From an uncultured Planctomycetota bacterium (lineage in GTDB: Bacteria > Planctomycetota > Planctomycetia > Isosphaerales > Isosphaeraceae), in assembly GCA_963823665.1 (NCBI GenBank), contig CAWGMQ010000004.1:1984001-2048000 (forward strand): 64,000 bases of DNA, given 5' to 3'. Positions 20,386-31,123 of this stretch are shown here, in pieces. The stretch's first letter is position 1. Each line of letters opens with the position of its first letter. The notes under the pieces are model-generated. The model worked only from the letters and a program-made list of their open reading frames with translations. It made no database searches and had not been told where the DNA came from. The position numbers and the translations under genes are program-made.

Positions 20386-21474
20386 TCACGGTGCCGGTAT
20401 GACGGGGCAGCCGTTTGTAAGGCGGCGGCCTTGCTGCTCGTCGATGTCGAGGTGATCGAGCAGGCGGCGGCGGAGCAGGCGCAAGAGTTCCTCGGGGTTG
20501 GTCGAAGAGTCGTCGGCCAGTTTGATCGCGCCGCCGGCACGCTTGTCGTGACCGCCGGCGCTGCCGAGGCCGCGCACGACTTCGTAGAGCACCTCACCCG
20601 CGCGGCCGCCCAGCCAGTCCGCGCGGAGCGACAGCTTCATCTGCCCGTCGAACACCCCAGCCGCCAGCGACCAGTCGACCTGATCAAAACGAATAAAGAA
20701 ATCGGCTATCTCGGCGATGATGTCGGGCTGCGTGACATACCCGCACCAGGTGAAAACCAGCTTGTCGTACAGGAAGGCGTTGGCCAGGGCGGTCTGAAAG
20801 GTCGCGAAGTGGCTCTGGGGCAGCTTGGGATTGCGAATCTGGGCCAGCAAGTCTTTATCAGCGCGAGGAAAGAGCCAGATCAAGGCTGAGTCATCGAGCG
20901 GAGTGGCCTCGCGCGGGTAACCCGTTGTCTCCGATTCGATGCCATAAAGCAGCGCCGTCGCCAGGTTGGGCGAAACGGTAACGTCCTTCTCGATCAGGTA
21001 GTTGGTCACGATCGTGCTTGTGGCGCCCACGCTCGCCCGGATGTCGTAAAAGAGCACACCCGCAAGCTGCCCACCCGTATCATGATGGTCGACCACGACT
21101 TGAGGCATCGCGGCTTCGCTGAATCGCCGCCCGGTGTAGGGTTGAGAGTCGACCATCACGACGGCGGTTTCGGCGTCGATGGCCACGGTTTCAACTGGAA
21201 CCAGCGAGATCGGAATCAGTTCGGCCATTGCCCGGTTTTCCGATCGAGCGATCATGCCGTCGACGGTCAGAATGACGGGTTTGCCGCGCTCTGCCGATTC
21301 GAGCAGCGCCTGAATTCCCAGCATGCTCGCCAGCGAGTCCGGGTCCGGGTTCACGTGCGAGACCAACACGACGCGACGAAACGGCGCAAGTGTCGCGAGT
21401 AACTGGTCGCACGGGGTGCCGCGAGATCGTTCGGGGTCGGTTGTCGAGTCAGCGCTTTCGAGTTTGGCCGTCAT
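20386..21474 (-). CDS. DHH family phosphoesterase (NrnA-like)
   Basis: HVNPDPDS, VD, DHH and SLR...GGH motifs. Confidence 0.88.
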   Translation of the reverse strand: MTAKLESADSTTDPERSRGTPCDQLLATLAPFRRVVLVSHVNPDPDSLASMLGIQALLESAERGKPVILTVDGMIARSENRAMAELIPISLVPVETVAIDAETAVVMVDSQPYTGRRFSEAAMPQVVVDHHDTGGQLAGVLFYDIRASVGATSTIVTNYLIEKDVTVSPNLATALLYGIESETTGYPREATPLDDSALIWLFPRADKDLLAQIRNPKLPQSHFATFQTALANAFLYDKLVFTWCGYVTQPDIIAEIADFFIRFDQVDWSLAAGVFDGQMKLSLRADWLGGRAGEVLYEVVRGLGSAGGHDKRAGGAIKLADDSSTNPEELLRLLRRRLLDHLDIDEQQGRRLTNGCPVIPAP

Positions 21475-21592
21475 TTTCGGCTGGGTTGCAGGACATCACG
21501 CTCCGTGGCGCATGCGGGGCTCAAACGACGAAACCAGATTTGGAGACCGATGATCTCTTCATTCTACGCCAAGAGCGATGGCCATTGCCAGG

Positions 21593-22336
21593 CTATGGCG
21601 GCGTGACCTTGGTCGAAGCCTTACCGGAGCGTGCCTGATCGCGAAGCCGCTTCTTGGCATAGTACGACTCAAGCTCGCGCACAGTTTCTTCGTCGATCCG
21701 AGGGTCGGGGGCGGCGATTTCGCCGGAACCTTCGGGGCGCGGAGGCCGGAACCCGTACTTGATTTCCGCGTTCTCGATAGCCCTGCTGACCGCTGCGTCG
21801 TAGCGGGCACGTTCGCGCGGTGTCAATTCGATAATTCCGGAAGTGGTCGGAGCCGGACGCGCCACGTGCGCCACCATGAGCGAAAGCCCGACAAGCAACA
21901 CGAGGACATTGAGGCTCACTTCCCGGCGGCGCAAGTGCTCGATCTGCGCGGCGTTTAATGCACCATCACGGCCTTCGGTGCAAATGGCGGGTGTCAGGGC
22001 GTTACCGCCGTATAACATCAGCAGGGTCACGCAGATAATCGCCAGGGCCTGCACCGCGACCATCGCCCGGCGGTATTCCTGGAAACAGAGCGGCCCCGCC
22101 ACGAAGGATGCCAGCGCGACGGCTCCGGAAATTGCGCCGCCTGAGTAGTAACGCGGATAGACGGCTCGAACCAGTGCACGAGCTGACTCTGCACCAACCG
22201 CCTTGAACAGAACGGGGCCAAGCGCGAATGTGAAGAAGATCGCCCCGCCGATCCATACGGCAAGCGCAGCAAGGTATACCGAATCGAACAGAGTAAGCAG
22301 ATGACTCGCCGTCAAGTAATGCCCCTGAATCTCCAC
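21593..22336 (-). CDS. DUF4149-like membrane protein
   Basis: WIGGAIFFTF..GPVLF...YPRYY and four TM helices. Confidence 0.65.
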   Translation of the reverse strand: MEIQGHYLTASHLLTLFDSVYLAALAVWIGGAIFFTFALGPVLFKAVGAESARALVRAVYPRYYSGGAISGAVALASFVAGPLCFQEYRRAMVAVQALAIICVTLLMLYGGNALTPAICTEGRDGALNAAQIEHLRRREVSLNVLVLLVGLSLMVAHVARPAPTTSGIIELTPRERARYDAAVSRAIENAEIKYGFRPPRPEGSGEIAAPDPRIDEETVRELESYYAKKRLRDQARSGKASTKVTPP

Positions 22337-22392
22337 GCGCAGCAGATCGCCGTCCGCAAAACCACGCCCAGCAACATACAGCTTTTAACCGG

Positions 22393-23868
22393 CTAGCTGC
22401 CAGGGTTCGCTCGATTGGAATTGCGATACTGGAGTGCACGCTCGAGAAGCTTGGGGTCAATTGTCAGGGGCTTGGCCTTCGCCTTCGAGGCACCGGCTGC
22501 GGCCTTTCTCTTGGGCGCCGCGGGCATGAGGTCGGCATCGTCGTCGTCATCATCGTCATCGTCGGCGAGTGCAGCGGGTTTGGACGTAGTGCCGGGCGAA
22601 GGCGCCCTTGATTTTGCGGCGGCTGGCGGTCGCTTGGCGGCCGAGTCGGCCGAGTTCTTGGGTGCGGCCAGCTTCGGCATCACGCCGGAGACTGCGAACG
22701 GGATTGGGAATTCCTGCGGATCTGAGGGGTTTTGACTGATGACCGGCACTGGGGCGCCGGGCTTCTGGCGGGGACGCGACGGCATGTTGGGCGAGGCAGC
22801 CGCATCATTGGCCGGTTGAACCGCGCCCGAGCGGTTACGGTCGACCGCGAATACTTCGTCACTCTCGATGAGGTCTCGCGACGCCTCGCGACGAGCGGCC
22901 TCATCGCCCCGTTTGGGAGGCGCCAGATGATTGGCCCAATCGGCCAGGATCTTGTAAGCCGGGTCATTTGAGCCCAGAAAGATGGGCCGCGGTTTGGCAC
23001 CCGGACCGTGCGGACGCAGCGTGCTCGAAAGCAACTCGCTGCGCGACGGGTTCATCGGGTCGATAAGCCCGAGGGTCGCATCGAGATTGGCACGCAGTGC
23101 ATCCGAGGTACGGTCGGCACGGCCGCGGACCGGCACAAGCTGAAATTTACCCGGGTGCTGACCATTGTGGCAGTTCGCGCAATACCGTTGCAGCAGTGGA
23201 TGTACGAACCGGTTGAACTCCTGCGTCCGCTTGATCGCCACAGGCATCGGCAGATCGAAGATGACAGGCAAGTCTTTCACGTCCAGGCCGCGCTGGGCAT
23301 TGCGCAGCACGGCCGGGTCGATAGCTTCCCGTCGGTCGTCGGCCGTGGCTTCGGCTTGGCGGACACCCGGGTCGCGCTCGCGGCGGGCAAGTCTGGCTGC
23401 CGCCTGCTCGATTGACACCAGCATGGCCTTCGCCTGCTCGTTCTTGGGGTTGAGGTCGACAACCGATTGGAGAAGCTGCCCGGCCTCCTCGGTGAGCTTC
23501 AGGTGCAAGCACCAGTGTGCCAGCTTCATTCGCTCTTCGGAATCTCCTTCGGGAAGCTGCGACAACCGGTATTCGTATGCTTGACGTACCGAGTCGAACG
23601 AACCCTCCACTCGTTTCTTCGGAAAATGCATCGTGCCGACTCGCTGTTCGATCCGGTATTCCGACTCGGTCTCCGTAACAATGCCTGGGATGAGCTTGCC
23701 GTCGGTCAGGAGCACATATCGTTCGCGGGTCGCTCGCGCCTGTTTGGTCGTTTGCCGCTGAATCGCGGACGGTTGCTGAGCTGCGGTTTGACCGCGCGCG
23801 GCAACCCAGGTCGAAGCACAGACCACGTAAAGCGATAATCCAACAGTAATTCGATTGAACGTAGACAT
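22393..23868 (-). CDS. Secreted hypothetical protein with a TPR-like segment and one CxxCH heme motif
   Basis: Signal peptide, LAHWC helical repeat, VHPLLQRYCANCH, and a low-complexity tail with poly-Asp. Confidence 0.65.
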   Translation of the reverse strand: MSTFNRITVGLSLYVVCASTWVAARGQTAAQQPSAIQRQTTKQARATRERYVLLTDGKLIPGIVTETESEYRIEQRVGTMHFPKKRVEGSFDSVRQAYEYRLSQLPEGDSEERMKLAHWCLHLKLTEEAGQLLQSVVDLNPKNEQAKAMLVSIEQAAARLARRERDPGVRQAEATADDRREAIDPAVLRNAQRGLDVKDLPVIFDLPMPVAIKRTQEFNRFVHPLLQRYCANCHNGQHPGKFQLVPVRGRADRTSDALRANLDATLGLIDPMNPSRSELLSSTLRPHGPGAKPRPIFLGSNDPAYKILADWANHLAPPKRGDEAARREASRDLIESDEVFAVDRNRSGAVQPANDAAASPNMPSRPRQKPGAPVPVISQNPSDPQEFPIPFAVSGVMPKLAAPKNSADSAAKRPPAAAKSRAPSPGTTSKPAALADDDDDDDDDADLMPAAPKRKAAAGASKAKAKPLTIDPKLLERALQYRNSNRANPGS

Positions 23869-24074
23869 GCGCGGTCAAATCCCGAAGTCGCCGCCGGGAA
23901 AGGAGATGATCCGACGGTCATTGGGCATTGAAATGGCACTTTACGCGCGAAATGGTGGCGGGACCGTAGCCAAGAGCCTAAAATTCGTCAAGGCGAGTTC
24001 GTCGGCTTGTTCTCTCGGCGATCGCGCCGCCCGGCGATCCAACCGATTCCTGGAACCCAGAGGCACGCTGCAAC

Positions 24075-24362
24075 ATGTCCCCCCGGGAGCCTTCCCCGCT
24101 CTTTCTGGCTATGATTGGACAGGTTATTGTGGTCGACTTGCGATCGACATACGTCTGCCTGGGTACACTCGTCGGCGGCGATGACTCGTTTCTCGAAATG
24201 ATCGACGCCGATTTTCACGATTTCCGCGATAGCACGGCAACTCGAGAGATCTACGTTTACGACTCGGCTCGTTACGGAATCCGGCGCAACCGTGCACGCA
24301 TCTTGCTCCGACTGGATGATGTCGTGGCCATCTCCCGCTTCGCCGACATCGCTTCGTCCTGA
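24075..24362 (+). CDS. Sm/LSm-like small protein
   Basis: IGQVIVVDL...GTLVGGD..LEM.DA resembles Sm1. ILLRLDDVVAIS resembles Sm2. Confidence 0.6.
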   Translation: MSPREPSPLFLAMIGQVIVVDLRSTYVCLGTLVGGDDSFLEMIDADFHDFRDSTATREIYVYDSARYGIRRNRARILLRLDDVVAISRFADIASS

Positions 24363-24585
24363 CGAATCGCCTTCGCTTCACCTGGGAATTCTGATCCTGA
24401 ATGCGTCGAGACTCGTATTAATCAGGAGAAAATACTTCAGGTGGCGAAGATATGCTCAGGACCAGGCGCGGCGCTTGCTACAGGATTATCTGCATCGCCG
24501 ACAAAAACCAGACACGCGCGGTGGCCCGGCCATTCGAAATATAACGGACAACGCAAGTTGCGTCTCGCAAGAGGAAAAGAACCCC

Positions 24586-25656
24586 ATGATCAAAGTTCGA
24601 TGGTTGCTTGCAATACCTGTCATGCTGGCAGCAACACTGCTTGCCACAACAGGAGGAGTGCAGGCTGCGACCATTCGCGACCGCGGAGAAATGTTCAGTA
24701 AAGACGCGGTCTTGAAGGCCCAGACATTGCTCGACAAAGTCGAGAATTCGAGCGGCATTCCTATCGTGATCGAGACCATTGATGCAATCCCCGGTCTCGA
24801 TAAAAACACCTCGCCGGAGCAGCGACGTCACGCGATCGATGCCTTGGCGGTGGAGCGCGACCAAAAGATCCACGACCAGGGAATCTACATTCTGATGTCG
24901 AAGCGCGAGCACCTGATATCGCACGTGCTCGTGCGCCAGCGATTCACTGATGTGCTGCCGATCGGCAAGCGCGATGCGATTCGAGACGCGTTTGTGAGCG
25001 AGTTCAAGAAAGCCGACGGCTATGACGCTGGCCTGTTGAGCGGCGTGCAAGCCATCGAGAAGGCACTCGAGGGCGTATCCATCCACAGTGGCGGGCTCGC
25101 CACGCACCGCGGCGAGGTCGAACGAGTGCAGCACCGAGCAGAGGGCGGAAAAATGCCGGCTGGTCGTTCGACGTTGGGCACGTTTCTCATGATCCTCGTC
25201 GGAATCTTCGGCGTGCTGCTCGTGCTACGGCTCATCGGCGGAATGTTCCAGCGTCCGATCGGGTTATCCGGGTGCAGGTGGCATGGGCACGCCAGGCCAG
25301 GAATCGGAGGCGGATATTACGGCGGCCCCGGCTATGGCGGGCGTGGCGGCGGTTTCTTCTCCAGCATGCTCGGCGGCTTGGGCGGCGCCCTCGCCGGCAA
25401 CTGGCTGTACGACCAGTTCACGGGTGGCCGTCACGGCAATTACGGCTCGGCGGATGCAGGCCACGTTGCCGACTCCACAGGGGCTCCTGACCAGGGAGGA
25501 GATGCGATCGTCGGCGCAGACGACGATCCTGGCGGCGGGACATCATGGGATGACGCCGGCGGTGGTGGTGACGTCGGAGGTGGCGACTGGGGCGGAGGTG
25601 GCGACTGGGGCGGAGGCGGCGGCGGAGACTGGGGCGGAGGAGGAGGAGACTGGTAA
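24586..25656 (+). CDS. TPM-domain protein with TM helix and Gly-rich GGGDW-repeat tail
   Basis: Signal peptide, IRDRGEMFS...IVIETI...YDAGLLSGV, GGLGGALAGNWLYD and GGGDW repeats. Confidence 0.78.
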   Translation: MIKVRWLLAIPVMLAATLLATTGGVQAATIRDRGEMFSKDAVLKAQTLLDKVENSSGIPIVIETIDAIPGLDKNTSPEQRRHAIDALAVERDQKIHDQGIYILMSKREHLISHVLVRQRFTDVLPIGKRDAIRDAFVSEFKKADGYDAGLLSGVQAIEKALEGVSIHSGGLATHRGEVERVQHRAEGGKMPAGRSTLGTFLMILVGIFGVLLVLRLIGGMFQRPIGLSGCRWHGHARPGIGGGYYGGPGYGGRGGGFFSSMLGGLGGALAGNWLYDQFTGGRHGNYGSADAGHVADSTGAPDQGGDAIVGADDDPGGGTSWDDAGGGGDVGGGDWGGGGDWGGGGGGDWGGGGGDW

Positions 25657-25789
25657 AGCACGCTAGAACCTTGCCCGCGGTCCCGTCTTGGTGATTCCTG
25701 GAGCGACCACTCCGTATGAGCCCGTTGCGGCTCCGGCGTGGTCGTTCGCATTTTAACTGACCTCTTGCCCGAGAAAGCCGAAGGAACGT

Positions 25790-26885
25790 ATGGACCGATT
25801 CCAGGCACGCCGCGATAAACTCAGATCGAGCATGGAGACCAACGGAAATCGATGCGTTCCTCGTACGAGCGACATCAAACGTGAGCTATCTGACCGGGTT
25901 TACCGGCGATTCTTCGGTGCTCCTGGTCGGAACCGAGCGAGACCTGATCATCTCGGATGGCCGCTTCACCACGCAGCTCGAGCAGGAGTGCCCGGGCCTT
26001 GAAGCGCACATCCGCTCGGCGGGAGAGGAGATGAATTCCGCCGTCGCGCGCGTGCTCAAAACGCTGGGGCTAAAGCAGGTAGGCTTCGAGTCCATTCACT
26101 GGAGCGTATCTGATCACCAGGCCTTGGACGCGGCCGTACCAGGCGTGGCGCTTGTCGGCTTGAGCGAACAGGTCGAGCTTCTGCGACAGATCAAGGACGG
26201 CGGCGAGATCGCCGCGATTCGCGAAGCCATCGAGTACGCCGAACGCGCGTTCCAGATGCTGCGAGCCGCAATGCGCGAAGGGGACACTGAAAAGGATGCC
26301 GCCGATGCACTCGAGTTGTACCTCCGCCGGTGCGGGGCGACAGGGTCCAGTTTCCCGCCGATTGTCGCAGTGGGTGTTAACTCGGCGATGCCGCACGCCC
26401 GGCCCACAACGACCACCCGGATCGGTCAGGATGATTTCGTGTTGATCGATTGGGGAGCAACTGGACATCCTTATAAAAGTGACTTGACGCGCGTTCTGGT
26501 CACAGGTAAGGTCACTCCGAAGTTCGAGGCGATCTATCGGATTGTCCTGAACGCTCTCGAGAGTGGAATCGCCGCCATCCGACCGGGCGTGAAAGCCCAC
26601 GAAGTCGACGCCGAAGCCCGCTCCGTGATCGAGGATGCAGGTTTCGGCCGTTTTTTTGACCACGGGCTTGGTCATGGGTTGGGGATGGACATTCATGAGG
26701 CGCCGCGGATTCGCAAGGGCTCGAACGTCGTGCTCGAGCCGGGTATGGTATTTACCGTCGAGCCCGGCATCTATCTCCCGGATTGGGGCGGAATCCGAAT
26801 CGAGGATGATGTGCTGGTGACTCCGGACGGCTGCGAGATTCTCTCGCACGTGCCGAGGTCACTCGACTCGGTTGGCATCGCATGA
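25790..26885 (+). CDS. Xaa-Pro peptidase family M24 (apparent frameshift near 25845)
   Basis: YLTGFTG, DGRF, IDWG, SDLTR, HGLGHGLG.DIHE, TVEPGIY and GIRIEDD motifs. Confidence 0.92.
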
Positions 26886-27000
26886 AAAACCGCCCGGGCC
26901 GATGCTGCTTTATACGGTAAGCCCATTTGCTCGCCTGTACGTTGGGCGGGGACGAGCCAGAAGAGGGCGGACTCGGGGTTTGCTGCTGCGGGGTAACTGA

Positions 27001-27510
27001 ATGGCCGAAGACCCGTCCGCTCCAAAAGCGCCGCTCGATGTCAACAAGGTGCATCAACTCGTACGCCTGATGCGACGATACGACCTCACCGCGCTTGACT
27101 TGAGCGACGGTGCCGTCCGCATTCGCTTGCGACGCCGCGGCGCTGACGCCCCCCAGGCTGCTCGCCCTCCGCATCCAGGCGTTTCCGCTGCGCCGGCCGC
27201 CATCCAGTCTGACTCACCGTCAGACGTCAGGCCCGATTCCGTACCAACGTCCGTTTCGGCCGCGCCCAAAACAATCGTGATCGAGAGCCCGATGGTCGGC
27301 ACCTATTTCTCTTCAAGCGCACCCGACGCTCCGCCGTTCGTATCAGTCGGATCGGTCGTCCATGCAGACTCAATTGTCTGCATCATCGAGGCGATGAAGG
27401 TCTTCACGGATATTCCGGCCGGCGTCTCCGGAACGATTGCTGCGATCTTGGTCAAAAACGGGCAACCCGTGGAGTTTGGTCAGCCTTTGTTCCGCTTGAT
27501 TCCTAGTTGA
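27001..27510 (+). CDS. accB: Acetyl-CoA carboxylase biotin carboxyl carrier protein
   Basis: SPMVGTY and the EAMK biotinylation motif. Confidence 0.95.
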   Translation: MAEDPSAPKAPLDVNKVHQLVRLMRRYDLTALDLSDGAVRIRLRRRGADAPQAARPPHPGVSAAPAAIQSDSPSDVRPDSVPTSVSAAPKTIVIESPMVGTYFSSSAPDAPPFVSVGSVVHADSIVCIIEAMKVFTDIPAGVSGTIAAILVKNGQPVEFGQPLFRLIPS

Positions 27511-27655
27511 CCAGAGAGAAACCCTGGCGTGGTTGCAGCCTCATGCCGGCCCATCCGGCGGCAATTTCCATGCCTTTTCTTTCTCCGATGTCATCGCGTC
27601 GCCTTACGAAGCCGGATGGAATCAAACGTTCGCGTGTTTGAGGTGAAGCCCACCG

Positions 27656-29008
27656 ATGTTTCAACGGATCCTGGTGGCCAACCGCGGCGAAATCGCACTG
27701 CGGGTGATCCGCGCCTGCAAAGAGCTTGAAATCAAGGTCGTGGCGGTCTACTCTCAGGCCGACCGGGATGCAGCCTACCTGGCCTTCGCCGACCAGGCAA
27801 TTTGCATCGGCAAGAGCCAGAGCACCGACAGCTACCTGAATCGATCCCGGATCATTGCGGCAGCCGAGGTCGCCGACGCCCAGGCAATCCACCCGGGCTA
27901 CGGGTTCTTGAGCGAGAATCCCGACTTCGCCGAGGTTTGCCGCCTGAGCGGATTCGAATTCATCGGGCCGCCCCATGAGGCGATCCGCAAGATGGGCCTG
28001 AAGACCGAGGCCAAGAAGATCGCAGCAGCCGCGAAAGTCGCTTGCGTCCCGGGATCCGAAGGGGTCATTGCCAGTGAAACCCAGGCCATCTCCCTGGCCC
28101 GAGCCATCGGTTACCCTGTTCTGATCAAGGCAGCAGCCGGCGGCGGTGGCAAGGGAATGCGAGTTTGCCGCGATGAATCAAACCTGGCGGGCGCCCTTCA
28201 AACCGCCAGCTCCGAGGCCGAAGCTGCCTTCAAGAACGCCAGTGTTTATCTCGAGAAATTCATCGACCGGCCACGCCACGTTGAGGTCCAGATCCTGGCC
28301 GATTCGCACGGCGAAACCGTCTCTTGCTGGGACCGCGACTGTACCCTTCAGCGCCGCCATCAGAAACTCGTCGAAGAATCGCCTGCGCCAACCCTGCCGG
28401 CCAAGGTCCGCACCAAACTCTCCGAGGCCGCAGTTCGGTTGGCGAAAGCCGCCGGCTACGTGAATGCAGGCACCTGTGAGTTTCTGGTCGATTCGGACAA
28501 CAATTTCTACTTCATCGAGGTCAACGCCCGGATTCAGGTCGAACACCCGGTCACCGAAATGGTCACGGGCATCGATCTGGTGAAACAGCAGATCATGATC
28601 GCTGCCGGGGAACCCCTCCCGTTTCGCCAGAAAGACATCAACATCAGAGGTCATTCGATCGAATGCCGGATCAACTCCGAGGATCCTGAGCTCGACTTTC
28701 GTCCATCGCCCGGCAGAATTGCCGACCTCCGGCTGCCTGGGGGACCGGGAGTTCGGTGGGATTCCCATATTTATCCCGGGTATGTCGTCCCACCTTATTA
28801 CGACTCTCTCCTTGGCAAGTTGATCGTGCACGCTCCCACCCGAACTGAGGCCATCGCAACGATGCGCCGCGCACTAGACGAGTTGACGATCGAAGGCGTC
28901 CAGACCACCATTCCACTTCACCGCCGGATCTTTCGCAACGCCGACTTCATCGCCGGTCGCGTCGATACGACGTGGGTCGAACGCGTGTTGCTCGCGCAGA
29001 AGCCCTGA
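27656..29008 (+). CDS. accC: Acetyl-CoA carboxylase biotin carboxylase
   Basis: [31 protein letters not shown] and [10 protein letters not shown] motifs. Confidence 0.97.
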   Translation: MFQRILVANRGEIALRVIRACKELEIKVVAVYSQADRDAAYLAFADQAICIGKSQSTDSYLNRSRIIAAAEVADAQAIHPGYGFLSENPDFAEVCRLSGFEFIGPPHEAIRKMGLKTEAKKIAAAAKVACVPGSEGVIASETQAISLARAIGYPVLIKAAAGGGGKGMRVCRDESNLAGALQTASSEAEAAFKNASVYLEKFIDRPRHVEVQILADSHGETVSCWDRDCTLQRRHQKLVEESPAPTLPAKVRTKLSEAAVRLAKAAGYVNAGTCEFLVDSDNNFYFIEVNARIQVEHPVTEMVTGIDLVKQQIMIAAGEPLPFRQKDINIRGHSIECRINSEDPELDFRPSPGRIADLRLPGGPGVRWDSHIYPGYVVPPYYDSLLGKLIVHAPTRTEAIATMRRALDELTIEGVQTTIPLHRRIFRNADFIAGRVDTTWVERVLLAQKP

Positions 29009-29384
29009 CTGACATCGTGCAGTGATCTGCATACCGCGCGGCAAGCACACGAACTGGGTGCATCCAACCAGATTCTATGCAGTGCGTCGGCCCAGAAAGT
29101 GCGCAAACACCGGCTCTTTTTTCCGCACGATCGGGACGTCCCTCCCGATTGACGCAGTGTCGCCAAAATGATGGACGATTCCTGGAAATTCACGCAAAAA
29201 ATCAGACGTTTTTGCAGATCGTTTCGGGAAAGGGATCATGCCGGCACGTCGGCTTCCGTCCCGATCGAGTGATCGAGCCGGCAGTCAACGAAGCGCGAAG
29301 GGCACGATTGTGTTGCCTGGCCACGACCGGCAGACCTGGATGAAACTGACCAGCATCTCACATTCAACCATTGAGAGACTTCCC

Positions 29385-30887
29385 ATGACGAGCACGAAAC
29401 CACGCACGAGTAAGCAACGGACTTCAAAGTTAGCACTCAACCCGATCGAGTCGATGCTAAAACTTGTCTCGTGCACGCAGCTTTCGCGCGGCACCGACGG
29501 CCGGCCGTTTGCCAGGGTCCCCGTCGAAGACCGGTTCGAATTCTACGAGCTCAAGTCTGCCGCATTTCGGAACTGGCTCGTGGATGTCTACGTTGAGCGA
29601 TGTGGCGAACCTCCCTCCAAGCTGGCGATCAGTCGCGTTGTCGCTGTCCTGGAAGCCCGCGCCCAGTTCCGAGGAATGATCCCGGCCGTTCATCTTCGAG
29701 TCGCCGGTGCAGGCAGTCGCGATGTTTTCTACCTCGACCTGGGTGATCTTGAGGGCAGGGCAGTCGAGATTCGCGCGTCGGGCTGGAAGGTCGTTCAACA
29801 TCCTGGTGTTTATTTCCGCCGGCCGGCCGGTATGCTGCCGCTCCCGATGCCTGAATCCGGTGGGACAATCAGCTTGCTCAGACCCTACGTCAATCTGGGC
29901 GAGGTTGATTTCCGCCTCTTCGTCGCCTGGATCACTGCCGCCATTCGACCCGATGGTCCCTATCCACCGCTGGTGCTTTACGGCGAACAAGGTTCGGCGA
30001 AATCCACGCTGGCGAGGGTCGCCAGGCTCTTGATCGATCCTCATTCCGCTCCGCTCCTTGGCGAGCCGTCGAGCGCCCGTGATCTGATGATCACCTCCGT
30101 CAGCAGTCGACTGTTGGCCTTCGACAATCTCGGAACTTTGCCGGGTTGGCTGTCCGACTGCTTTTGCCGGCTGGCGACCGGCGGCGGGCATGCCACTCGA
30201 TCGCTTTTCACCGACGATCAGATTACGTACATTCAAGCGCAGCGACCGATCATCCTCAACGGCATCGATGATTTCGTCAAGCGCGGCGACCTGATCGATC
30301 GATCGGTCTTCCTGAACCTCTCTCCCATTCACCCGTCGGACCGGCGTACCGAAAGCGAGATCTGGGCATCGTTTCAGTTCGACTACTCACGAATCCTGGG
30401 CAGCGTGCTCGACGCGGTCGTGCTCGGTCTGCGCATCCTTCCTTCAGTTGAGCTACCCGAAGTCTCGCGGATGGCCGACTTCAGCTACTGGGGAGAAGCC
30501 GTCGGTCGCGGACTTGGCTGGCCGGAACAGTCTTTCCGATCGGCCTATGCTCGAAACCGTCGCGTGGCCACTGACAACGCAATTGATGAGTCGGCGGTTG
30601 CCGAGGCACTTTTCCGGGTCGTTCCCCCCAGCCTGAAATGGAGCGGACCTACAGTCGAGCTGCATCGTCAGCTCACGGCGAGTGTCGGTAAAGCGATCGC
30701 GCTCTCGAGTCGCTGGCCCAAGCACGTCACGCGATTCTCCGGCGAGCTTCGTCGCCTGGCTCCCCAGCTCCGCGAGCGCGGGCTCTCGCTTGCGTTCAGC
30801 CGCAGTAGGGACCAGCGACTGGTCTCCCTGACATACGATAATGATTGGGCGTTCCGCCACCCGCATCGCAATTATCATGGGTCATGA
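29385..30887 (+). CDS. P-loop ATPase resembling the helicase-like domain of phage/plasmid primase-associated proteins
   Basis: Walker A GEQGSAKST, LAFDN, RSLFTDD, RPIILNGI, DLIDRS and RMADF. Confidence 0.7.
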   Translation: MTSTKPRTSKQRTSKLALNPIESMLKLVSCTQLSRGTDGRPFARVPVEDRFEFYELKSAAFRNWLVDVYVERCGEPPSKLAISRVVAVLEARAQFRGMIPAVHLRVAGAGSRDVFYLDLGDLEGRAVEIRASGWKVVQHPGVYFRRPAGMLPLPMPESGGTISLLRPYVNLGEVDFRLFVAWITAAIRPDGPYPPLVLYGEQGSAKSTLARVARLLIDPHSAPLLGEPSSARDLMITSVSSRLLAFDNLGTLPGWLSDCFCRLATGGGHATRSLFTDDQITYIQAQRPIILNGIDDFVKRGDLIDRSVFLNLSPIHPSDRRTESEIWASFQFDYSRILGSVLDAVVLGLRILPSVELPEVSRMADFSYWGEAVGRGLGWPEQSFRSAYARNRRVATDNAIDESAVAEALFRVVPPSLKWSGPTVELHRQLTASVGKAIALSSRWPKHVTRFSGELRRLAPQLRERGLSLAFSRSRDQRLVSLTYDNDWAFRHPHRNYHGS

Positions 30888-31123
30888 CACATCCACCGCG
30901 CCGATTCTGCCCACGGCGCGACCAGAAACATGGCGGGACGGAGCCCGCCTTCCTTCCAAGAACGCAAGCCCGCGGAGAGGAGAAGCCTGAATGACAACGG
31001 CGTGTCACCTGTGGTAGGCTGAGAATGTGAGTCGTGCGCACCACGGCGGGGAATCAAGCCCGATTGCTCTGCCGACCGTGGCGAGTTCCCTGAAGACCCG
31101 AGTCTCCCAGCACTCTAAAATGG

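Noticed and set aside
23934..23948. Sigma-54-like TGGCAC-N5-GCGC upstream of the LSm-like gene
   Set aside because: The -12 box lacks TTGC, and such a match is expected by chance in GC-rich DNA.
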